Assembly (NCBI GenBank): GCA_030452985.1
Contig: JAKDLG010000001.1
Coordinates: 40,613 to 104,612 of the forward strand
Length of the DNA: 64,000 bases
From: Humibacillus sp.
GTDB taxonomy: Bacteria > Actinomycetota > Actinomycetes > Actinomycetales > Dermatophilaceae
Direction of reading: 5' to 3'
Shown: positions 10,086-18,291 of the stretch, one piece after another
Layout of the letters: each line of letters starts with the position of its first letter
How positions within the stretch are numbered: position 1 is the first letter of the stretch
Notes under the pieces: generated by a model
Seen by the model: the letters and a program-made list of their open reading frames with translations, nothing else
What the model was told of the DNA's origin: nothing
Databases searched by the model: none
Made by a program: the position numbers and the translations under genes

Positions 10086-10792
10086 GAACCAACGTGGCAG
10101 CCGGCATCCGGGTGCTGGCGCTCTCGCCTGCGGGTGACCGGGTCGTGACCGCCGGCCTGGGCCATGGCGAGCACCCCGAGGTCGTGATCGGGCGGTTCGG
10201 CTGGTCGGTGCTTGCCCCCCGGAGTGCTGAGCTCGGGCCGGACGGCGCCCTCGAGCTGACGTATGCCGTGAGCCCGCTGACCGGGCCGCCCCCCGCCGCA
10301 CGGGGGGCCACCCGCCGCGACGCCGACGTCACCCCGGAGGAGGTGGGTGAGCCGCACCAGCGAGTGGGCGCCTACGCCGTCGTGCATGGGGTGTCGGGAG
10401 TGCTGCTGACCCAGTTCAACTCGCAGACCGCCATCCCGGGAAACTGGGGCCTGCCCGGTGGAGGCCTCGACGAGCTGGAGCCACCGGTAGAGGGTGTGCA
10501 CCGCGAGGTGTGGGAGGAGACCGGTCAGCGCATCGTGCTCGGCCGATTGGTCACCGTGCAGTCGCAGCACTGGGTGGGTCGTGCGCCGACGGGTGTGGTC
10601 GAGGACTTTCACGCCATCCGGATCGTCTATGAGGCCACCTGCCCGGTGCCGACGGAGATCGTGATCCACGACGTCGGTGGCACGACATCGGCCGCCCGCT
10701 GGGTGTCGCCGGACGAGCTCGGCGAGCTGTCGATGACGGCATCGTGGCGAGACCTGGCCGAGCTGTACCGCTCAGCACGCCCGCCGGGCTGA
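10082..10792 (+). CDS. NUDIX hydrolase.
   Basis: The Nudix box is visible as GNWGLPGGGLDELEPPVEGVHREVWEETG. The ATGA overlap with the glycosyltransferase stop suggests translational coupling. Confidence 0.8.
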   Translation: MRTNVAAGIRVLALSPAGDRVVTAGLGHGEHPEVVIGRFGWSVLAPRSAELGPDGALELTYAVSPLTGPPPAARGATRRDADVTPEEVGEPHQRVGAYAVVHGVSGVLLTQFNSQTAIPGNWGLPGGGLDELEPPVEGVHREVWEETGQRIVLGRLVTVQSQHWVGRAPTGVVEDFHAIRIVYEATCPVPTEIVIHDVGGTTSAARWVSPDELGELSMTASWRDLAELYRSARPPG

Positions 10793-10821
10793 GCGCAACC
10801 CGCCCCCTCTAGGGTGGCGGC

Positions 10822-11175
10822 ATGGACTTCGGCTACCAGCTGCTCGTGGCTGCGCACCTCCTCGGCATGGCTGCGGTGGTGGGCGGCTGGATCGCCCTTC
10901 GCTCGGGTCGCACGGTCACGGCGCCGGTGGTGTGGGGGGCCCGGGCCCAGCTCGTCACCGGGCTGGCTCTCGTCGGGCTGGCCTCGGCCGACTCGAGCGG
11001 TGACCACGCCGTCAACCACGCGAAGATCGCCGTCAAGCTCGTCATCGCGCTCGCCGTGCTCGCCACCGCCGAGATCGGCGTCGCCCGGGCCCGACGCGGG
11101 CAGGACACCCAGGCGCTGCTCGACGTCGCTGGGGGTGGCGCCGTCGTGAACACGCTCGTCGCCGCCCTCTGGTGA
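10822..11175 (+). CDS. Hypothetical integral membrane protein.
   Basis: A 117-aa ORF with 3-4 hydrophobic helices and coding-like composition. I recognise no family. Confidence 0.45.
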   Translation: MDFGYQLLVAAHLLGMAAVVGGWIALRSGRTVTAPVVWGARAQLVTGLALVGLASADSSGDHAVNHAKIAVKLVIALAVLATAEIGVARARRGQDTQALLDVAGGGAVVNTLVAALW

Positions 11176-11190
11176 GAGGACGCTGACGAG

Positions 11191-11406
11191 ATGCGCTGGA
11201 ACAATGGGGTGTTCGCTGGTCTGCTGATAGGGGTGGTGTGGCTGGTCGCCGGCGGCGTGCTGGTCGTCTCGGGCCGACGTCGTCGCGCGACGTCGACCCG
11301 CGAAGGAGCCGGCAGCGCTGCGGTGATCGGCATCTTCCTGCTGGTCGTCGGAGCCCTGACCCTTTTCGCGACCCTGTTGCTCGCTGTCGTCCCGGGGCCG
11401 CCGTGA
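11191..11406 (+). CDS. Hypothetical small membrane protein (two TM helices).
   Basis: A 71-aa ORF reading GLLIGVVWLVAGGVLVV...IGIFLLVVGALTLFATLLLAVV. It lies directly after the previous membrane ORF. Confidence 0.4.
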   Translation: MRWNNGVFAGLLIGVVWLVAGGVLVVSGRRRRATSTREGAGSAAVIGIFLLVVGALTLFATLLLAVVPGPP

Positions 11407-11463
11407 GCAGCCCAGAGCGGCGAGTCGAAGGGCCAACCGCGGGTGGCGCGCTACCGAACACGC

Positions 11464-12378
11464 TCAGCTCGCTGGGCCGCCTGCTGGTTTGGCCGTTCGA
11501 CGCGACGTTTGAGGGGCTGACCCGGTCTGGCCGACCGCCCGCAGCAGCACCGACCTCACCCAGCCCGGCTCGAACATCACCTGGTCCCAGGTGAAACGGA
11601 GCACTCGCCACCCGGCCAGCACCAGCTCGTCGTAGCGCCAGCAGTCGGTCACCAGCTGGCGGCGGCTGGTGTGGAAGGTGTAGCTGTCGGCCTCGACCAC
11701 CAAACCGGCCTCAAGGTCGACGAGGTCGGGAACGATACGAACGCCGGCCACCAGCACTCCCCGCTGGGGCACGAGTCGCAATCCCGGCACGTCGAGGCTG
11801 ATCGCGCGAAGCACCGACTCGAAGGGGTTGGCGGCCTTGGGGGAGGCGTGTTCGGCCACTCGGGCAGCCTGCCGCCGACCGGGCCCCCGCAGCTTCGAGA
11901 CTGCCTGTCTCAGCTGCGCGGCTCTCACGTCGCGGCTGCGCAGGGCCGAGTCGGCGACGGCCAGCGCCTCGTCGAACGGCAGGGTGCGCGCGCAGTCGAT
12001 CACCGTGCGCAGCGGGTCGGTCATGCCGTCGACCACGTCACGGGGTGACAGGTCGGCCCAGTGCACGGAGGCCGCCCGGCGACCGGGGGCCCCCACCTTG
12101 CGGTTACGGGGAACCGTCACCTCAGGCCTGGTCGGCGCGTGCTTCAAGGCCCAGCCGTGGGCCACCGCCGCTGATCGGTGAGAGACCGTCGCCGTCATCT
12201 CGTGGGCGATCCGCCGCGTGTCGTCGCCCAGGGGCAGGCAGTAACGACCGCGTCGTCGCCGGAGCACCGAGCCGACGACCACCGCCTGGCGGATGCGGCG
12301 CTCGCTGGCCACCAGACGCAGCTCGCCGAAGGTTGCGACCCCACCCCGGCGGGTCAGCTCGTCGACGACTCGGTCCAT
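11464..12378 (-). CDS. DUF559 (Vsr-like endonuclease fold) domain protein with an AbiEi-like N-terminal domain.
   Basis: The C-terminal part PDLVDLEAGLVVEADSYTFHTSRRQLVTDCWRYDELVLAGWRVLRFTWDQV is the typical DUF559 signature. The N-terminus (GVATFGELRLVASERRIRQAV) is AbiEi/winged-helix-like. The last ~20 aa are encoded by a repeat copy and are probably not native. Confidence 0.7.
   Translation of the reverse strand: MDRVVDELTRRGGVATFGELRLVASERRIRQAVVVGSVLRRRRGRYCLPLGDDTRRIAHEMTATVSHRSAAVAHGWALKHAPTRPEVTVPRNRKVGAPGRRAASVHWADLSPRDVVDGMTDPLRTVIDCARTLPFDEALAVADSALRSRDVRAAQLRQAVSKLRGPGRRQAARVAEHASPKAANPFESVLRAISLDVPGLRLVPQRGVLVAGVRIVPDLVDLEAGLVVEADSYTFHTSRRQLVTDCWRYDELVLAGWRVLRFTWDQVMFEPGWVRSVLLRAVGQTGSAPQTSRRTAKPAGGPAS
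11486..11506. repeat. Left inverted repeat bounding the DUF559 gene (reverse complement reads GTCGCGTCGAACGGCCAAACC).
   Basis: Read directly. The reverse complement of 11486-11506 matches 12428-12447 with a single 1-nt indel. A related direct copy, GTCGAAGGGCCAACCG, lies at 11424-11439. Confidence 0.8.
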
Positions 12379-12427
12379 TCCGGCAGTGTCTGAGAAAGTG
12401 AGCCGCCACCGCCGGCGTCATCCACAG

Positions 12428-12447
12428 GTCGCGTCGAACGGCCAACC
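12428..12447. repeat. Right inverted repeat bounding the DUF559 gene (GTCGCGTCGAACGGCCAACC).
   Basis: Read directly. It is the partner of 11486-11506. Confidence 0.8.
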
Positions 12448-12524
12448 GAGGCAGGATGCCGCTGGGCTCGGTCTGGGCTGACCGGCATCCACCCCGTTTA
12501 GCCGTTCGGACCGTCGCTGTCGGG

Positions 12525-13718
12525 CTATCCCATGCTGAGGGCGTAGCTGAGCACCGGCGGCACCGCCGGATCGGCCTTGAGCAGGAAGGTCCGGCCGACC
12601 TGCCCGGTCTCGGTGTGCCAGGCCAGCAGCCAGACGCCTTCAGCCGTGATGTTCGTGTACATCAGTGTGCGTTTGTCGAAGAAGCCCGCCACCTGGCAGC
12701 AGCCCTTCTGCCGCATCGGTGACTCTCCCATGACCAGCAGCTTCCTGGCCGTGGCGTCGTAGATTGGCACCGAGAGAATGCCCTGGTACGCCGGCTTCCC
12801 ACCCACCTGGTCGAAGCCGTCCTCGAGGTAGACCCCGGTGGCGGCGATGAGGTTCGTCGACCGGGTGCTGCCCGAGGTGCCGGTGGCCGGTGCGGAGACG
12901 CCGACCGACGTCTTCTGGAGGCCGTCGAGCTTCCACGTCGTGACTGACGTGCCCTTCTGCGGGTCGACCGTGATCACGTCGTTGGCGCCCGCGTAGCCCT
13001 TGGGCAAGGGGGTCGTGCTGGGGGTCAGTGCCTCCACGTCGATCGACCAGGCTCCTTGGTCTCCGCTGGCGACCACCGCGTTCGTGCCGTTCCACCGCAC
13101 CTGCTCTATCGACATCGAGGGCACCGCGACGGTATGCACCTTTCCGCTTCGCAGGTTCATCAGCACCACCTTCCCCGGCTGGGGAAAGGCAGCCCACCCG
13201 GCGAACGTCACCGTGTCGGGCGACAGCGGGACCGACCGGTTGCCCGAGCTGTCGCTCACCCAGCCCAGCTCGAGACCGCTGTTGACCAAGCTTTCGTCGT
13301 CGAGCACGAAGACCGGTTGGAACGAGGTGGCGTCGGCGTAGGCGACACCGTCGACGGCTTCGAGGAACACCGCTGCCACCACCGGGTTGGGCTTCGTGGC
13401 GCCCTGGCCGAACACGTCAGCAGCCTTCTGCCTGGGTACGGTCGGGTCGACCGTCTCGAGCTCGGGCGGGCCCGACCGGGGCAGAGTCGACTCGGTGCCG
13501 AGGGCCGGGGCGACGGCGTACTCGATGCCGTCGCTGGAGACCTTTCAGGTGCCCGTCGTAGTACTGGTGGTGCTGGGCGCCGGGTCGGCCGGGGCGCGCT
13601 CGGCATCGTTCTTGGCGTCACAGGCTCCCATCGTCAACGCCAGCAGGGCGACGGTCGCCCAACCCGCCACTCGGCGGCGTGGGCGGGCCCGGCTACTCAG
13701 GCCGAAGTTCGGTGTCAT
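12525..13718 (-). pseudogene. Lipoprotein paralogue of the anti-sigma ectodomain, interrupted by one in-frame TGA (13545-13547).
   Basis: ATG at 13718 has the Shine-Dalgarno sequence AAGGAGTATGGAGG upstream. It encodes MTPNFGLSSRARPRRRVAGWATVALLALTMGAC (signal peptide plus lipobox), then ...TTGT*KVSSDGIEYAVAPALGTESTLPR. This is in frame (303 nt) with the 296-aa track ORF 12525..13415. The stop aligns with Trp in the neighbouring paralogue (NGAWKTAPDGTLYAIAPPLGTESTLPR). Confidence 0.6.
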
Positions 13719-13972
13719 GTGGTGCCTCCATACTCCTTCAACGCCGCAGACCCCTGCTCAGATTGGGGCCCGCGGCGGAAAATCTGATCATCGTAGGGGC
13801 TCATACCGCCCGGACCGCGACGGGTGCGCCGATGTCAGCTGCCGCCGTACCGAGAGTCGAGGGCGATGGTCGGTGGAACCTTCGGGTTCGCCTCCAGCAA
13901 CGACCACTGCCAGGTCTGACCGATGTCCGGCTTCCAGATGAGCAGTCGCAGACCGTCGTCGGTGGCGCTGGT

Positions 13973-15121
13973 CTAGATCACACCGTCGTTGCCAATGAGC
14001 CCGGCGACGGTGCAGCAGCCCGTCGGGCGTTTCGGGGTCTCGCCCAACACCAGCAGTCGTCGCGCTCCGAGGTCGTGGAGCGGCACGGTGAGAATGCCCT
14101 GGGAAGCGGGCGCTCCCGAGACCGCGCCTAGCGTGCCGTCGAGAACGACGGCCGACGCCGCCACGTACCGCTGGGTGATCGTCGGCCCGTACGTCGAACG
14201 CACCGGCGCGGTGACGGTATCGACCCTGTTCCAGGTACCGTCGAGCCGCCATTCGGTGACGATGGGGCCCTTGGCCGAGTCGACCGAGATGGTGTTGGTG
14301 CCACCGTCGTAGCCCGCAGCCACGGCCACTGCCTTCGGCGAGCTCTGGGTGAGGTCGAGCGACCAGCCGCCGTCGTCACCGCTGACGACGAGGGAGTCGG
14401 TGTCGCTCCATCGCACCGAGGTGAGCAGCTCCGACGGCACCGGATAGGTCGTGGCCGAGCCGTCACGCAGGTCGACGAGGACGACGCCGCCCGGCTGGGG
14501 GAAGGCCACCCGGTCAGACCTCGAGAAGGCCCCGGGCGCGAGGGAAAGCGCGCGATTGCCAGCGCGGTCGTTGACCCACGTCAGCTCGACGTCGGAGCCG
14601 ACGAGCACCCCGCTGCGGCGCACGAAGACCGGGCGGAACCGGCCAGCGTCGGCCCAGGCGGCGGCATCCACGGCTTCGAGGTAGACCGCGGTCGGGGGCG
14701 CGTCAGGGTCGATCCCCTTCTCGAGGTCGCGCTTCTCGACCTCGCGGTAGTTCGCGAAGGTGCGTTTGCCGGCGCTCGGATCGATGACCTGAGGTACGAC
14801 CCCCTCCGCGCGGGGGAGGGTGGATTCGGTGCCGAGAGGTGGGGCGATGGCGTAGAGAGTGCCATCTGGCGCGGTCTTCCAGGCGCCGTTGGTCACGGTC
14901 TGGGTGACGCTGGGCCGCGGGTTGCTGGGCGGTGGCGCGTTGCGGGTGCCGAGCTGGTACGTCCCGAACCCGACCGCGATGACCGCAGCGGCGGCGATGC
15001 CCGCGGCGGCCTGCCGGCGCGAGCGCCGACGGTGAGCGCCGGCCCAGGCTCGTTCGGCGAAGTCGACCTCGTGCACGTCGGCGCTGGCCGCCTCGAGCAG
15101 CTCGTTGACGTCGGGGTTCAT
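13973..15121 (-). CDS. Anti-sigma factor: N-terminal cytoplasmic segment, single TM helix and a large extracytoplasmic domain. It ends at an amber codon, with 45 further homologous codons downstream in frame.
   Basis: The ATGA overlap with the ECF sigma stop suggests coupling. The N-terminus MNPDVNELLEAASADVHEVDFAERAWAGA...AAGIAAAAVIAVGFGTY is anti-sigma-like with one TM helix. The ectodomain is homologous to ORF 12525..13415. After TAG (13973-13975) the frame continues TSATDDGLRLLIWKPDIGQTWQWSLLEANPKVPPTIALDSRYGGS to TGA at 13835-13837. Confidence 0.65.
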   Translation of the reverse strand: MNPDVNELLEAASADVHEVDFAERAWAGAHRRRSRRQAAAGIAAAAVIAVGFGTYQLGTRNAPPPSNPRPSVTQTVTNGAWKTAPDGTLYAIAPPLGTESTLPRAEGVVPQVIDPSAGKRTFANYREVEKRDLEKGIDPDAPPTAVYLEAVDAAAWADAGRFRPVFVRRSGVLVGSDVELTWVNDRAGNRALSLAPGAFSRSDRVAFPQPGGVVLVDLRDGSATTYPVPSELLTSVRWSDTDSLVVSGDDGGWSLDLTQSSPKAVAVAAGYDGGTNTISVDSAKGPIVTEWRLDGTWNRVDTVTAPVRSTYGPTITQRYVAASAVVLDGTLGAVSGAPASQGILTVPLHDLGARRLLVLGETPKRPTGCCTVAGLIGNDGVI

Positions 15122-15645
15122 GACGGGTCCTCCTGACGAAGCGCAGGGGCGAGGTGGGGTACCAGCTCGCGCAGGTTGGCCAACGCGGTGTGCGTCTGGC
15201 TCTTGACGGTGCCGACGGTCACGCCGAGAACGTCGGCGGTGTCGGCCTCGCTGCGGTCCTCGAAGAACCGCAGCACGAGCACGGCCCGTTGCTTTCGGGT
15301 CAGGCGGGCCAGGGGGGCGTCGAGGTCGACGCGGTCACCGACCCGATCGCCCAGGCTGTCGTGCCCGCCGGGGTGAGCGGCATCCGGCTCGGGTGGCACG
15401 GCGCGGAGGTGCTCGCGGCGGGTGCGCCGCCACGACGAGACGGCGTCGCGGTAGAGGATGCGGCGCACGTACGCGTCGGGGGCGCCGTGCTTGACGGTGT
15501 CCCACCGCAGGGCCAGCTTCTCCAGGGCCTGCTGGAGCAGGTCTTCGGCTCGGTGGGCGTCACCGCACACCAGGTAGGCCGCTCGGAGCAGCCGGTGCTG
15601 TCGGGCTTGCACGTAGTCGGCGAAATCCGTATCGATCGGTCTCAT
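15118..15645 (-). CDS. ECF (group 4) RNA polymerase sigma-70 factor.
   Basis: A 175-aa ORF. The region 2 motif is RAEDLLQQALEKLALRW...DAYVRRILY. The region 4 HTH is LTRKQRAVLVLRFFEDRSEADTADVLGVTVGTVKSQTHTALANLR. Confidence 0.9.
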   Translation of the reverse strand: MRPIDTDFADYVQARQHRLLRAAYLVCGDAHRAEDLLQQALEKLALRWDTVKHGAPDAYVRRILYRDAVSSWRRTRREHLRAVPPEPDAAHPGGHDSLGDRVGDRVDLDAPLARLTRKQRAVLVLRFFEDRSEADTADVLGVTVGTVKSQTHTALANLRELVPHLAPALRQEDPS

Positions 15646-15736
15646 GCGTGCACCTCCCTTGTCACCCTCTGAACGCGACAGACCCCCTGGGGGGTTGGGG
15701 GCATCGTCGAGAAACGAGAAGAACAGGTGGGGCGGG

Positions 15737-17290
15737 TCAGCGGGTGAAGACGACCTCGCCGCCGATCATGGTCTGCAGCACCTGGGTGTCGCGCAGGTCG
15801 GTGGGGTCGACCGACCACAGGTCTCGGTCGAGGCAGATGAGGTCGGCAAGCTGCCCCGGGGCCAAGCGGCCGACCTCGGTGCGCCCCACCGCCTCGTGGG
15901 CGCCGACGGTGTGTGCGTGCATCGCCTCGTCGAGCGTGACTCGCTCACTGGGCCGCCACCCGCCCGAGGGCACTCCGGCCTCCCGCTGCCGGGTGACAGC
16001 AGCGTGGATGCCGTGGAAGGGGTTTGGCTCCTCGACGGGGGCATCAGACCCGAAGGCCAGTCGCACCCCCGCGTCGAGCAGGGTGCGGAATGCGTACGAG
16101 AGCAACGGCCGCTCACCGATGAGTCGGTCGACCATCTCGAAGTCAGCGGTGCAGTGACTCGGCTGCACCGACGCGATGACGTCGAGCGAGCGGAACCGGG
16201 CCACGTCGGCCGGCCGCAGGTGCTGGGCGTGCTCGATGCGCAGGATGCCGGTGTGCCCCTCGTCGCGCATCACGGCGAAGGCATCGAGCACGCTGCGGTT
16301 CGCCTCGTCGCCGATGGCGTGGGTGCACACATCGAGCCCTGCCTCGAGGGCCAGCCGAGTACGTTGCAACAGAACGGGATACGGCATAGCGGCGATGCCG
16401 CAGCCCTCGTGCCCGACGAAGGGAGCCGTCATGTGGGCCGTCTGCGAGCCGAGTGCGCCGTCACTGAAGAACTTCACCGGACCCACGCGGAAGCGGGCGT
16501 CTCCCTGCCCCGAGCGTCGCCCCTGCTCGATCGCGAGCTCGAGGTCGTCGTTGCGGGTGCACTTGGTGACGCGCAGACGCAACCGGTCTTCCGCGTGCAT
16601 GGCGGCGTAGGCCGCTCGACCCTCCTCGCCGTCGATGTCGGTGATGCTCGTCAGCCCCAGCGACAGGAGCCAGTCGTGGCAGCGTTCGAGCCACGGCTGT
16701 AGTGGTTCGACCGGCCGTGGCACGGCGTCGAGCAGCTCCTGTGCCGACTCTCGCAGGATGCCGGTGGGTTCGCCATCGACGTCGCGCGCGATCTCGCCGC
16801 CAACCGGGTCGGGCGTGTTCCGGTCGATGCCGGCGCGTTGCAGGGCAAAGGAGTTGGCCCATACGGTGTGCCCGTCGACGCTCACCAGGGCAGCGCCCCG
16901 GTCGGGGACCACGCTGTCGAGGGAGTACCGGTCGGGCTGCGTCGCGATGTCCCACCGGTTGTGGTTCCATCGACCGCTGGTCACCCACGCGGCCTCGGGC
17001 AGGGTGGTGGCGTGGGCGCGCACCATCTCGAGGCACTCCGCGAGCGAGGTGGCTTCACGCAGGTCGACCGAGGCGAGGGCGCGCGACTGCCATTCGGTGT
17101 GGATGTGGGCGTCGTGCAGCCCCGGCGTGACGACCTCGCCGGGGAGGTCGAACGTGGTCGGCGCCCCCGCGTCCCTCGCCTCGTCTCCGATGGCGACGAC
17201 GACGCCATCGTCAACGAGCAACGTGTCGGTCCAGGGCTGTTCGGCCGAACCGGTCCAGATCTTGGGGTGTCGCAGCAGGGCCCGAGTCAT
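15737..17290 (-). CDS. Metal-dependent amidohydrolase (YtcJ-like amidohydrolase_3 family).
   Basis: Translation from the internal Met gives MTRALLRHPKIWTG...PGLHDAHIHT (HxH metal motif)...FGSDAPVEEPNP. The start at 17290 makes an ATGA overlap with the qor stop. The part of the track ORF upstream of it is Arg-rich and overlaps qor. Confidence 0.8.
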   Translation of the reverse strand: MTRALLRHPKIWTGSAEQPWTDTLLVDDGVVVAIGDEARDAGAPTTFDLPGEVVTPGLHDAHIHTEWQSRALASVDLREATSLAECLEMVRAHATTLPEAAWVTSGRWNHNRWDIATQPDRYSLDSVVPDRGAALVSVDGHTVWANSFALQRAGIDRNTPDPVGGEIARDVDGEPTGILRESAQELLDAVPRPVEPLQPWLERCHDWLLSLGLTSITDIDGEEGRAAYAAMHAEDRLRLRVTKCTRNDDLELAIEQGRRSGQGDARFRVGPVKFFSDGALGSQTAHMTAPFVGHEGCGIAAMPYPVLLQRTRLALEAGLDVCTHAIGDEANRSVLDAFAVMRDEGHTGILRIEHAQHLRPADVARFRSLDVIASVQPSHCTADFEMVDRLIGERPLLSYAFRTLLDAGVRLAFGSDAPVEEPNPFHGIHAAVTRQREAGVPSGGWRPSERVTLDEAMHAHTVGAHEAVGRTEVGRLAPGQLADLICLDRDLWSVDPTDLRDTQVLQTMIGGEVVFTR

Positions 17291-18279
17291 GCGTTCGGTA
17301 CCAGGATCAGCTTGCCGGTGGTGTGACGGCCTTCCATGGCCTCGTAGGCAGCGGCCGCGTCGACAAGGGCGTACCGCCCGCCGATGTCGATCTTGAGCGA
17401 GCCGTCGGCGACGGACCCGAGAACCTCGCCGGCCCGCCACTCGTACTCTTTTCGGTCAGCGACGTAGTGCACCAGCGTCGGCCGCGTCACGAACAGCGAC
17501 CCCCCGGAGTTGAGCCGCTGGAGGTCGAACGGCGGTACCTGACCACTCGCGCCGCCGAAGAGCACCATCATGCCTCTCGGTCGCAGCGACGCCAACGAGG
17601 CGTCGAAGGTCGACCTGCCGACGCCGTCGTAGACCACGTCGACTCCTTGGGGGGCGACCGTCCGCACCGCCGCCGCGAGGTCGCCGACGTCGGTGTAGTC
17701 GATGAGGTGCTGGGCGCCGAGCTGCCCTGCGATCTCGAGCTTCTCGGGCGATCCCGCGGTGGCCACGACGGTGCCGCCCTTGGCGGTGATCATCTGCACG
17801 AGCAGCTGCCCGACCCCGCCCGCTGCAGCGTGGACCAGGGCGATATCACCGGGCTCGACGGCGTACGTGCTGTTGACCAGATAGTGCGCCGTCAGCCCCT
17901 GCAGCATCACGGCAGCGGCGACCTCCAGGTCGAGCCCGTCGGGCACCGGAACCAGCGCGCCAGCCGGCTTGTTGACGACCGTCGACTGGCTGCCGGATGA
18001 CTGGCACCACGCCACGCGGTCTCCGGCCTGGATGCCGCTCACACCTGGCCCGACAGACACGACGGTGCCGGCGCCCTCCTCACCGAGCACGAAGGGAGTC
18101 GGCACCGGGTAGACGCCCTGCCGCTTGTAGACGTCGATGAAGTTCACCCCTGCTGCCGCGACCTCGATCTGCACTTCGCCGGTAACCGGCTCGGGCAGGT
18201 CGTGGGTCTGCAGGGCCAGCACGCTGCCGTCGCCGGGCTCGGTCACGAACACACTCGTCGCAGTGGTCATGTCCGCCAC
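17287..18279 (-). CDS. qor: NADPH:quinone oxidoreductase (zinc-type ADH superfamily, zeta-crystallin-like).
   Basis: A 330-aa ORF with GVNFIDVYKRQGVYP and the cofactor motif AAAGGVGQLLVQ, typical of Qor. Confidence 0.85.
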   Translation of the reverse strand: MADMTTATSVFVTEPGDGSVLALQTHDLPEPVTGEVQIEVAAAGVNFIDVYKRQGVYPVPTPFVLGEEGAGTVVSVGPGVSGIQAGDRVAWCQSSGSQSTVVNKPAGALVPVPDGLDLEVAAAVMLQGLTAHYLVNSTYAVEPGDIALVHAAAGGVGQLLVQMITAKGGTVVATAGSPEKLEIAGQLGAQHLIDYTDVGDLAAAVRTVAPQGVDVVYDGVGRSTFDASLASLRPRGMMVLFGGASGQVPPFDLQRLNSGGSLFVTRPTLVHYVADRKEYEWRAGEVLGSVADGSLKIDIGGRYALVDAAAAYEAMEGRHTTGKLILVPNA

Positions 18280-18291
18280 CCTATGACTGTC

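Noticed and set aside
11464-12378. The DUF559 gene with flanking repeats called as a defined insertion sequence or toxin-antitoxin system.
   Set aside because: There is no transposase, integrase or partner antitoxin/toxin ORF, and no clear target-site duplication. It is reported only as an inverted-repeat-bounded unit that needs a genome-wide check.
13545-13975. In-frame TGA and TAG considered as selenocysteine or pyrrolysine codons.
   Set aside because: The stops align with Trp and Tyr, not Cys or Lys, in the paralogue. I saw no SECIS-like hairpin immediately downstream of the TGA. No pyl/sel genes are present in the window, and pyrrolysine use in Actinomycetota would be unexpected.
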